Assembly (NCBI RefSeq): GCF_009834535.1
Contig: NC_045696.1
Coordinates: 37,698,001-37,762,000, forward strand
Direction: 5' to 3'
DNA: 64,000 nt
Origin: Camelus ferus
Lineage: Eukaryota
Shown here piece after piece: positions 24,747-36,353 of the stretch. How positions within the stretch are numbered: position 1 is the stretch's first letter; every line of letters starts with the position of its first letter. The position numbers were made by a program, and so were the translations under genes. The notes under the pieces were generated by a model. That model was not told the DNA's origin. It ran no database searches and saw only the letters and a program-made list of their open reading frames with translations.

Positions 24747-26340
24747 TTTTCTATAATGGCTGTACCAAACTACACTCCCACCAACAGTGTAGGAAAGACA
24801 CAGCCTCTCCAGCAATTATCCTTTACGGACTTTTGTATGATGGACATTCTTACTGGTGTGAGGTGATACCTCATTGAAGTTTTGATTTGCATTTCTCTGA
24901 TAATTAGCGATACCGACCATTTTTTCATGTGCCTATTGGAGAATTGCTTGTTTAGGTCTTCTGCCCATTTTTGAATTGGGTGTTTTGTTTTTTTGTTATT
25001 AAGGCATACAAGCTTTTTATGTATGTTGGAAATTAAACCCTTGTCAGCCATGTCATTTGCAAATATTTTCTCCCATTCTGTAGGCTGCCATTTTGCTTTG
25101 CTTATGGTTTCCTTTGCTGGCAAAACTTCTAAGTTTAATTAGGTTCTATTTGTTTTTATTTCTGTTGCCTAGGTAGATAGCTGCCCTAGGAGAACATTGC
25201 TAATATTTATGTCAGAAAATGTTTTGCCTATGTTTTCTTCTAGGAGATTTATAGTGTCTTGTCTTATATTGAAGTCTTTAAACCATTTTGAGTTTTTTAT
25301 TTTTGTGTATGATGTGAAGGAGTATTCTAACTTCATTGATTTACATGTGGCTGTTCAGTTTACCCAACACCACTTGCTGAAGAGACTGTTTTTTATCCAC
25401 TGTATATTCTTGCCTCCTTTGTCAAAGATTTATTGATGGTAAGTCTTTGGATTTATTTATGGGCTCTCTATTCTGTTCCACTGATCCATATATCTATTTT
25501 TGTGCCAATACCATGCTGTTTCGATTACTGTAGCTCTGTAGTATTGTCTGAGGTCTGGAAGGATTATTTCTCCAGCTTTGTTCTTTTTCTTTAACATTGC
25601 CTTGGCAATTATTGGTCTTTTGAGATTCCATATAAATTTTAGAATTATTTGTTCTACTCCTGTGAAAAATGTTCTGGGTAATTTGCTAGGGAGATTTCTC
25701 AAAAAACTGAAAATAGACTTACCATATGATCCATCAATCCCACTCCTGAGCATATATCTAGAGGTAACTCCCATTTGAAAAGATACATGCACCCCAATGT
25801 TCACAGCAGCACTATTTATAATATCCAAAACATGGAAGCCAACTAAATGTTCATCGACAGATGACTAGATAAAGAAGTTCTGGTATATTTATACCGTGGA
25901 ATACTACTTTAGCCATAAAAAAAGAATAAAATAATTCCATTTGTAGCAACATGGATTGATCTGACATCATCAAAGTGAAGTAAGTCAGAAAGAGAAAGAA
26001 AATACCATATGATATCACTCATATGTAGATCTAAAGGAAAAAAAAGACACTAATGAACTTATTTACAGAAAACAAAAACAGATTCATAGACATAGAAAGT
26101 AAACTATGGTTACCGGGGGGAAAAGGGATGGGAAGGGATAAATTGGGAGTTCGAGATTTGCATATGCTAAGTGCTATATATAAAATAAACAACAAGTTTC
26201 TACTGTAGCAAGGAACTATGTTCAATATTTTGTGGTGACCTATAATGAAAAGGAATATATGTATGTATATGTATAACCAAAACATTATGCTGTACACCAG
26301 AAATTGACACATTATAAACTGACTATACTTCAATAAAAAA
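24747..26340. mobile_element. 5'-inverted (twin-primed) L1, no TSD found
   Basis: Minus arm 24747-~25692 and plus arm ~25690-26340 ending in AATAAAAAA. The arms are nearly contiguous in L1 coordinates (..gccattatagaaaa | ggagatttctc.., ~6 nt missing). GGA microhomology at 25690-25692. Confidence 0.93.
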
Positions 26341-26790
26341 GACATCATTAAATAAATGAAAAACCAAGCCGCAAATTAGGAGGAGGAATTTGCAATATAT
26401 AAATGATAAAGCTTTCTTATCCAGAATATATTAAAAAATGCTAAATATTTCACAGTTAGTCAAAGTCAGATCATTTAATAAGAAATAGGCAAGAGGGTTA
26501 GATGTACTTAGAGGAAGAGGGCACTAAATGTAAGAAAAGGTCCTTGATATCATTAGCCATCAGGAGAATATAAACTAACAGGAAGACAACTGGATACCAG
26601 TATACTCACCTGAATGGATAAAGGTGTGGGTGAGGCAGACTGATAATAGCACAGCTGCTTATGTTCTATTTCTGTGTATGGTGTGTCTACCAAAGTATAT
26701 GTACTTTATGAACATATATAGAGCTGCATGGTTATGATTTGTGCAATTTTGTGTATATTATTATACATCAAAAAATATTTTAGGAAAAAA
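26341..26790 (+). mobile_element. Degraded old L1 fragments (L1M)
   Basis: gacatcattaaataaatgaaaaaccaagcc..atccagaatatat..atcattagccatcaggaga. Confidence 0.6.
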
Positions 26791-27299
26791 GTTACAATTG
26801 AGAAATGAAGTGCCAAGCATGGCTCTAGCTGAGATTTGAAATTGATTATAGGGAATTCTTGTTGATAGGCAAGAAAAAAAAAAAAGATTTTACAGAGGTA
26901 CATTATCACCACTAATTAAATCATGGTTCTGCTACCATACTCTTTTTCTCTGAACATCATCCTTTAGATTTGACATTGATACTGGATGGATACAGAGTAA
27001 ATATTTATTATTTTTGTACTTAAATATGTTTGTAAAACAAATAGTTAATTTTTATTATTGGATTAACATGTAGCTTAATATATCCTGCACAGAATTTGTG
27101 ATCTTTCCACTAAAACTCATTTATGGGGATCTTCATTATTTTAGTTGCTTAAGCTTACAACCTGGGGTTATGATTGATTTTTTTTTCCCCACATACTACC
27201 TCCGATGTCTATCCTCTGTTGTCTGGACTTTGATATATATCCAGATTCCCAATACTTTTATGACGTACAATGCTAATACCCTGGTCAAAAATGCACCTG

Positions 27300-27912
27300 G
27301 ATTTTATAGTAGGAGTCTAACTGGTCTTCAGGCTTTCATTCTTATTTCCCTCTAGTTTATTAACAATATAGTACACTGACCTGAGTTATCTTTTACAATG
27401 AAATTCAGATTATGTCATTCTATTATTATTTTTATTTTATCTCTTACTACCTTCCTTTCAATCATTTTACTCAGAAATCTCTGTCCTCCTTGCAACTTCT
27501 TCAACAGGCCTTCAATAGTACCTTTGGCCTAATTCTTCTACTGGCTAATTCTTCTACTTAAAATTGTGTTTTCTCACTCTATAATTTGCTCCTCACATGT
27601 CTCAAGAGGTGGCTCAAAACTTAATTATTCAGTGAGGCCTTTCTCTGATTGCCTATTTTAAATTATAATATGCCATCCCTCTGAATGGCATTCCTAACTT
27701 CATTCCAAGTATTTGTTTTTTTCATATCATTTAATCTCACTATTCTGTATACCAAAATTCAGTTATTTTTCCAGTTTGTATAAGTACACCATACTGGAAA
27801 CTAAGCTTTAATGAGGGGAGGAGATTTGAATGCTAGAAACTTAGTATTTAGAAGACTACTTATCACATAGTAGATATTAATTAAATAATGAGTCTATGGA
27901 TGAATAAATGAA
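27300..27912 (+). mobile_element. L2 3' fragment
   Basis: tcagattatgtcattc..tcagtgaggcctttctctga..cacatagtagat..gatgaataaatgaa (L2 tail). Confidence 0.65.
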
Positions 27913-27946
27913 AAGTGAACCATTACGTAAGAAAGGGATAATGCCA

Positions 27947-28357
27947 TTTGCACAGCAATGGTAACCATAAACAAAGTGAAAAGACAACCTATGGAATGGG
28001 AGGAAATATTTGCAAATGATGAGACCAACAAGAGACTAATTTCCAAAATACTCAAACAGCTCATACAACTCAATATCAAAAAAACAAACAACCCAATTAA
28101 CCAATGGGCAGAACTATATAGGCATTTCTCCAAAGACATCCAGATGGACAACAGGCACATGAAAAGTTGCTCAACATCACTAATTATTACAGAAAGGCAA
28201 ATAAAAACTATAATTAGTATCACCTCACATCAGTAAGAATGGCCATCAAAAAGCCTACAAATAATAAATGCTAGAGAAGTATGTGGAATAAATGAAACCC
28301 TCCTATTTTCAAAAAAACTAAAAATAGAGTTATCACATGATCCAGCAATCCCACTCT
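27947..28357 (+). mobile_element. Internal L1 ORF2 fragment, truncated at both ends
   Basis: ORF 27958-28236 reads [22 protein letters not shown]. Internal deletion near 28305; no poly(A). Confidence 0.92.
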
Positions 28358-30055
28358 GATAGACTCAACAACACAGAGAAATATAATTTAAAATGCATGA
28401 TGTTGAGAGGGATGGAAAACTTGTAAGTCATTCAGTCCATTATAGAATTGAATATGGACATCATTTCCATAACATTGCAGATACTAAACCATTTAGCCTT
28501 TTTTTTTTCTGTCACGAGAAACAGATGGTACCAATAGATTTTAAGCAATGAATCATAATTGCAAAGTGGAACACATTTATTAGGCTAAGAACATGTAAGT
28601 TCTAAGTGTGTTCATAATAACTAACTTAGGAATAAAAAACATAAGAACCATGAGAATATCCAAACTATTTTCCTCTTATTTGAGTTTCGCAGGTAGTCAT
28701 TTAATTAAGTTATTTGAACCCAAATCATGTTTGTGTTACATATTTGCATTTGCTGCTACTTGATGTTTCATATTTATCTACACAGACTTAGCTTTGTATC
28801 TTGTGTGTTCATTTTGTTATTTTCAGAGTAAGTGTGGAATATTTAACCTTCAAATTATCAAAATTTCACCATTATTACTAGCTTTTCCCATTTTTTTTGC
28901 TCTAGATTTATGTTTCAGCAAAATTCATGTATACTTTTTAATAATAATGTACCTTTATTGTTAAATGTATCTTTTATTACTATTTAGAGTGGAATTTATT
29001 TCAATTTCTATTTCAAGTTCCTTATTGCCAGTACAAAAATATTAATTTGTGTGTATTTGCCTTACATTTCTCCACTTTATCAAATTCCTTTATTTTTTCT
29101 AGTAGAATTTTTAAGTTTCTTAAATTCTTTGTAAATTTTGAATTTCACTAGCATGTAGAAATATTTTTATTTGTTCTTGTGTAATTATACTATATAAATT
29201 CTTTAGAATTCAATATTGAACTTCCATACCAATATTAATAACATGGTAAAAGTACACATCACTACAAATTCCCCATATGCTTGAAAAGAGTTTCATAATT
29301 TCAGTTTATAATCATGTTTGATGTTGCTATTGCCAATAGTCTACATCATTTGATAAATATTTCTAGTTTAGTTTAAAAATTTTATACAATGGCTGTGGAA
29401 ATTGTTCAAATTTCATTTTAGTACTTATTGTTAAATCATAGTTTTCATTTAATGTGGTAATATAAGTGAATTTCACTTTTATGTTTCTTAATATTAAAAC
29501 ATTTTTCTGGTTTTGTACTGCTGTTACTAAAGCCTGTTTGGTCATAGGGTAATGTTCTAATACATGAATCTAAGTTTTATGCATATTTAATTGTGGCTAA
29601 AAGCCTTCAATATTCGTTTTCCTCAGTGGGAAACATTATTAAACAAATTGATTTTTCGAAGAATTGAGAAGAGAGTGAAATTTGTTTAGTTCAAACTGAA
29701 GGTTGCCAATTATTTCCTAAAGTTCCTTCCCTAATACTAATAGTGATGTTTGAGTAAATAGTTCAACTCAACTCAATGATTCTACATTTGAAACTGTTTG
29801 TGTTGATTCGTTATATAGGTTTAGACATTTAAATCTGAACATAAACACCTAACTTTGTTTTCTAGTTAAAATTTTGCTGAGCATTTATATATTAAAATAC
29901 ACTATTATTAATTAATTACCTTTATTCCTTATATTACATTTAGGATAGTACATTGATTTTTGGTGTAAAATAGTAAAAAAGACCATTACAGAATATATGA
30001 ATATATGATATGAAAGTGGCTGAAATAAGTTTTGGGGAACAAAGAGTGAATTCAC

Positions 30056-30061
<6 letters not shown>

Positions 30062-30152
<91 letters not shown>
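30062..30152 (+). repeat. Compound (AT)~28(TG)~18 microsatellite
   Basis: Seen directly; about 90 bp of uninterrupted purine/pyrimidine alternation. Confidence 0.97.
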
Positions 30153-30153
<1 letters not shown>

Positions 30154-32096
30154 CTATCTTTTTATGGTTGTGGAATTAACTTAATTCTAATAAATACAAT
30201 TAATTAGGGGAAGTGTTCATTTTTATATATTCTAAAATAGCTTAAATAATTTTGGGAAAAATCTTCTTCAGTTGGTTCTGGTGTCTTTATTTCAATAATT
30301 AGTCTTTAATTGCCTTTCCAGTCTCTTTGTGTTATTTGGATATTAAAGTTTCTGCTTCTTTTGGGGTTGATTTCAGTGATTATATTTTACTCTTAAATAA
30401 TTTACTTTCTCTAGCTTTTAAAAGATGTGCCCTGATAATTACATGTTGTATTTTCTCATAATCTTTTTAATATCAGTAGCATCAATGGTTATATTTTAAT
30501 TCTATTTGGAAATTCTATTTTTATCATTTATTTATTTCATTCATCTTCTCTAATAAACACTTTCTGAAAAACTTTCTTAGTGCAATATTATTTCAAAAGT
30601 ACTATACAGGAGAAAAACTTCAGAAAACAGAAATTTCTAGAATGTTACACAAATTACATCAATACTAGAAATTCTAGTGACAGGCTGCTTAAATTTATTT
30701 CCACTTTTTTGTTCAGGAGTTAATCATTTTCCTTTCATCTTCTTTTCATGGAATTTTTGATTTTACATTTCTATCTCTCAAGGGAAACTTCTTGAAATAA
30801 CAAAAACTCATAAAGTCAAAAGGAACTGCCAAGTGTCTTTTGTTTTGCTGCTTTAAGCATCTCTTTTGTTCCTGTTCCTCAAGAGTACGGAACAGATTTT
30901 TACGTGTGTATGTGTGTGTTTGTATGTGTGTGTTTCTTAACTCAGACATTACTTCTCGTGCCTTATAGTGCAGATAGCCATAGAAATTCAATAATCATCA
31001 GTTAGGTGATGACAAGCAGCAGAATGTAAAATGCTTAATTTGATGACCAAATATTTCATTCCATATAATTTCAGAAACTGTTACAAATTATTATACTCAG
31101 AAATGCAGGTGGAAAAGTTATTTTTAATAATTTTATACTTAGATTTAAATCTATCTTGGAACATGGCTTCAGTAAAATTAGCAAATAATGTTAACTTTAT
31201 ATATATTTTTACTTTTGTCAACAAAACTAGTAGCTTACATTTGGGTCCTTGAAATTAATCAGATTCAATACAATGGCATGTGAATATAAATCACCATCAC
31301 ATTTGTTCAATCTAGTTCAATACATTAGAAACTAACAGAATTTTCCAAGATGTGCCTTCTGGATATGTCAAATATTGGAAAGATCATTGCATTGGATACA
31401 CTTGGACCTTTTTAAAGACCAAGTAAATTAAATATATCTTCACTTGGGACATCTGCCTGACATAATTGTTTACAAAAATTTTATGTCTCCAGTGGAAATT
31501 TTCCAGCTAGGATTTGCAATGAAGAAATATTATTCAGTATTTAAGAGTTACCTTTTTTGTCAATAATCCTACAATGCTCTGGGTTACAATACTATACTTA
31601 GAGCAATGGAAAATAATTGCATGTAAGTGAAAGGAGGTTAAAACAGACACTAAAGTATTCTAAAGCTCTTGTGTTTTTGAAGCGGATAGATAATACAGAT
31701 ATTTATAAACGTTTAACTTTGTTAATTAAAAATTACATGGTAATACCTCAAAGGTATGCACTATAGGAAGAAAATTAATTACCTAGCTTTCAGATCAGTG
31801 AAAGGAAAAAACAATGGAACAACAAAACATTCAATGAAAATAAGACAATAAATGAAGTGAAAATGAAGCAGGAGTATAAAAAATATTGGCAGAAGTGTAT
31901 TCTCTAATATGCTTAGTGATAAAATACATAAATGATATAAATTATCTAGTGAAAAGTAGATTTTGTCAGATTAGACAAGAGAATGACCCTAATCCTTTCA
32001 TATGCTATATTTATAAAAGAGATGCTAATAATACAGTGACAAAAAAGAATGAAATAAAAAGGAAGACTTAATTTACCGAAGTTGGATACATTAATG

Positions 32097-32285
32097 AGGG
32101 GCTGGTAAGTGTTTCCTATAAAGAACTATCTAGTAAATACTGTAGGTTTTGTGGGTTGTAAGGTGTCTGTCACAACTTCTCTGCTGTTGTAGGATGAAAG
32201 CAGGCGTACATAGTACTTAAAGGAGTGAGTGGGCTGTGTTCCACTAAAACTTTACGCAGGGAAACAAACTATGGATCAGATTAGA
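32097..32285 (+). mobile_element. MER58A-like non-autonomous hAT-Charlie DNA transposon
   Basis: tagtaaatactgtaggttttgtggg..gtctgtcacaact..gttgtag..gaaagcag..ggctgtgttccactaaaacttta matches the recalled MER58A consensus. Confidence 0.8.
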
Positions 32286-33749
32286 AGACCTGAACAACTC
32301 TTATTATTGAAACAGCTAAATTACTGAATTAAAAAAAATGTGGAGCAATGACAACAGTATGGAATTATAAAACATCAGCTCCCCATAGTAAGAGAAATCA
32401 GGAATCCTGTGGATAATTAAATGTTAACCCAGGCTTTATTTCTGAGAATTTCTGGAAAAAATACTGTTATCCTAACATCCTCCTGGATTACCAGTTCATT
32501 TCATTCCTTATCTTTGAGACAGATTCTCTGTGGTCATCTTTATACACTACCTATCCTCATATTCTCTTCTTAAACTATTTCAAGAAAGTCTTTTTCTTCT
32601 CATTAAAATTAATCTCCCATTGTCAAAGGCATAAATGACTGTGATACTGCAAAATATAAAGGGTGTTTTTCTGTTCTTGTCTGTCTCTGAAATATTTGGT
32701 CTGGGTGCTCATTCTGTCCTATTGAAACACACTCTTTGCTGCCCACTGAGACATCCCAGCCTCCAACCTGACTGGACTCTCATTGCCCTCCACATGACTC
32801 CACCTTTCCTCTGGAACCTCTGGATGAGGTTGTCTAAGACCTCTTTATGTTTTCTATCTATAAATTATATTTAAGCTTTCGCATTTTGTCTCATGGATTT
32901 AAAATGCTATATACAGTCCTATAATGCAAAGCTTTTCCCCAGTGGTTTCTTTCCTCAGCCTTGATTTTATTTCCTTTGTGTAGACAAATGCATATACAAT
33001 TGGAATTCCTGACAATAAAGTTTACATGCCAAAATCAGAACGGTTTATTTCTGTGCACTGCCCCTACAAAACACACAAACACACACATACACACACACAC
33101 CTCCCTTGCTATTCCCTCAGTCTTTGTCACAATGATTTCCACACCTCAACCAACCAGCCACTCAAGCAAAACATAGATAGTTTTGATTCCCCTATTTCTT
33201 CACATACATACTTTAATTAGTTATGTCTATTAACTTATCATATGCTTGCTGTATGTATTAGGCTGCAGTAAATATCTGCAACATTAGGTATAGTAATACT
33301 GAGAACTGAATAATACAAAAAAAGCTCAATTTAATAGATACATCTAAACAATGCTTTAATCTGTAACAGAGTACTGACATTATTCACTTAACTATGTATT
33401 TGTGTTGTCCTTTATCCTTCCTCCCTCAAAAAAGGACTCTATAGACTGAAAAAAAAGAGAGAGTTTTGTAGGGGCCTACAGAGCATGCTGATTAAGAAGA
33501 TAGATTATGACAGAGTAAGTCTAATTACATGGAGTCTTTCATAAATAAAACATCCTTGAATACTTGCATGCCTAAATTCAGCTAAATCTTAAGGAATAAT
33601 ATTTAGTAATCACTTAAGAATAGATAGACATGCTAATAAGCAGAAAGTTGAATTCAGAAAACCTAGGATAGCTGCAGGCATTTTCCTTAATTTATATTCC
33701 TAATTATATTTATGCATGACAAAAAGCTTTTGAAGATAATAAAAGCAAG

Positions 33750-34420
33750 TGGATTCTACAGGTGTGTGGAAATACTCAGAATGGGCAAAAAAAACATGAA
33801 GATATTTGTGTCTCATGTCAATGCCCACCAAACTGTGACCTCAGCAGTGGATAATTTTAATAATCAAGTTAATAGGGTCACCCATTCTATGGAAATCAGT
33901 CAGCCTCTTTCTCCAGCCACTCCTGCTATTGCCCAATGGGCACATAAACAAAATGGTCATGGTGGGAGGTTATGCATGAGCTCAGCAATATGAACTGCCA
34001 CTCACCAAGGCTGACTTGACTAGGGCCACTGCTGAGTGCCCAACCAGCTAGTAGCAGAGACCAACAGTGAATCCCCTGTTATGATACCATTCCCTACAGT
34101 AGTCAGCCTACCAGATTCGCAGGTTGATTATATTGGATTTCTTCCATCGTGGAAGAGGTATTCTTACTGAAATAGACATGTACTCTGGATATAGATTTGC
34201 CACCTCTACATGTAACTGCTCACATCAAAAGTACATTTAGATACAGAATGCCTAATCCATGGTCATAGAATTCCACTGAAGAAGTGTATGTGATCAAAGA
34301 GCTCACTTCACAGCAAAATAAATGTGGCAATGGGCCCATGCTCGTCAGATGCGCTGGTCTTACCATGTCGCTCATCATCCTGAAACAGGAGGTTTTAATG
34401 GAATGGTGGAATGGTGGAAT
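33750..34420 (+). pseudogene. ERV-L pol fragment (RNase H C-terminus and integrase), decayed
   Basis: KIFVSHVNAHQ..FNNQVNR..IAQWAHKQNGHGG, then AECPT, VDYIG (gttgattatattgga) and IDMYSGY. These are typical ERV-L RNaseH, HHCC and catalytic-D motifs, with frameshifts. Confidence 0.9.
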
Positions 34421-34509
34421 CTCAGGGCTAACATTCCTAGCCTTCTGTGAAAATGTAAGGACCTGTGGGTGAATATACAGGAGTCATTGGCCCATTTTAT
34501 ACAATTCCT

Positions 34510-34590
34510 ACTTGAGTTTCCAGCCTATTGTCTTGTCCTACAGATTTTAGCCTGATAGCCCCCATAGTCACATCACAAGAGCCATGTGTG
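34510..34590 (+). mobile_element. MLT2-like (ERV-L LTR) remnant
   Basis: ttccagcct..cctacagattt..agcccccatagtcac resembles the MLT2 3' part and lies next to ERV-L pol. Confidence 0.55.
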
Positions 34591-34782
34591 AGGGGTGTGT
34601 GTGTGCGCATGTGTTCTTACATGACCTCTAAGGTCCTTGTGTACTAATATTTCCCTGACTTTAAGCACACATGACACTTTCTCTTGTTCCCCTGTCTAAA
34701 TATACTTACCTTTCTTGCAACTTGAAAACATGCTAGGTCTGCTTTGCTTTGAGGCTTTGCACTTGTCATTTTTTCTACTAGG

Positions 34783-35140
34783 TGATAGAAAAGACCAACT
34801 CCATTCTGGTGATCCGCCACCGTTTCAGGACAAGCCTAGCCAATCACAAGCCACAACTTCCAACTTCTGCCTGTAAAACCCTCCCAGGATCTGAGTGGAG
34901 ATACTGACTAGAGTATTCATCAGACACGTCCCTCTGTCTTTCAGACACGCCTCTTTCACTTTCAGCATCCCTCATTTGCATAAGAACCCACCAATCAGCT
35001 CCTACCCCCAGGCATAAATAACCAAGCCTGTACACAGAGAGCAGGCTCCAGTCTAACTGGAGAACCGCTCTGTAGGTTTCTCACAATAAACCTGACTCTT
35101 CTGTTGAGCAGTCTCTGATCCTTTCTCTCCAGTTCCAACA
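34783..35140 (+). mobile_element. Young solo LTR (358 bp) inserted in an L2
   Basis: TG...CA termini; perfect 5-bp TSD CTAGG (34778-34782 and 35141-35145); AATAAA at 35085-35090; 5 CpGs retained. The flanks rejoin into an L2-like sequence (gctttgcacttg..ctagg|gatggtcttcc). Confidence 0.93.
34974..35020 (+). promoter_or_regulatory. Putative LTR core promoter: octamer, CCAAT and TATA-like box
   Basis: ATTTGCAT 34974-34981, CCAAT 34991-34995, CATAAATA 35013-35020; a second CCAAT at 34840-34844. Activity not shown. Confidence 0.6.
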
Positions 35141-36034
35141 CTAGGGATGGTCTTCCTGTATACATCTGTAGATCTCACATCCGCTTCATATTACTGGTAT
35201 GATATTGGCTTTTTTACCTTATCTTATACTGTATATTAACATGAAATATTGTTTATTTAAGTGTCAGTTTGGTGTCTTAAACATCCTTAATAAATCTTTC
35301 AATCACCAGGACCTAAGCAACTTAGGGTAGTAACTCAGTTTCTGAAACACAGATGGTTCCATTGTGTACTGAAAGAGTTAACATGTCTTCTCAACTGAGT
35401 TACTTACTCCCAGAGAGTGACTTATGGGGTCTATTAACTTCAACGAGATTACAAATGAACAAAAGGAATTGACCTGCCTTGTTTGAAATATATCCTAATC
35501 TTTTCCATTCAAGTGAAAAGCATGAAATAGACTTGTACATAATTTATAGATCCTGAATTATTTGCATTTAATCAATAGTTATTGAGCACCTACTATGTGA
35601 AATACATGATATAATCACATTGGAGAATACTACTATGTAAAACACACTGTCACTTTCCTGATTTACACAGCTGGGCTTTTTCAATAATGCCTGTGAGTTT
35701 ATATATGAGAAAGGTGTAAGAAAACATTAATTCTAAAAGAAAGAGAAGGAAAGAAGATCTAGACCATGCTAAAAGTACTGAACCAAGTATCTTGGTGAGC
35801 CTAAGTATATATAGTACATTTAAGTGTCCTAAAAATATTATGGTATATTGATAATTATGCAATTTTTATAATTACTTAGTATCATTTAAGTTTGTGCATA
35901 CTAAGGTATAGTACTGACCTACAGGCATTGACCTAACATATAGAAGGTATAGGTCATTTAATAAATTTTAATGAAATTTTTATTTCTCTCATATTATATG
36001 AATAACGATAAAACATTCAAGTGAATTCATAACT

Positions 36035-36353
36035 ATCAGTTCTAGAGCCTCAAAGCCCAAGATCAAGGTGCCAGCAGAGTTAGTTGCTGGTGTGGTCTCT
36101 CTGCCTTGCAAATGTCATCCTTCTTACTTTGTCCTTACATGACCTTTCCTCTGTTCTAGAGTGAGGAGAGAAAGAGATCTCTGATATCTCTTCCTCTTCT
36201 TATAAAGACACCAGTCCACCAGAATAGGGCCCTACCCTTTTGACCTCATTAGCCTTAATTATCTCCTTAAGGACCATATCTCCAAATACAGTCACTTTGG
36301 GGGTTAAGGCTTTAACATACAAGTCTGAAGGAGACACAATTCAGTCTATGACA
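36035..36353 (-). mobile_element. MaLR LTR (MLT1A-like)
   Basis: ccaagatcaaggtgccagcag..tcttcctcttcttataaagacaccagtcc..atctccaaatacagtcac..gggttaaggcttt..gacacaattcagtc. Confidence 0.85.
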
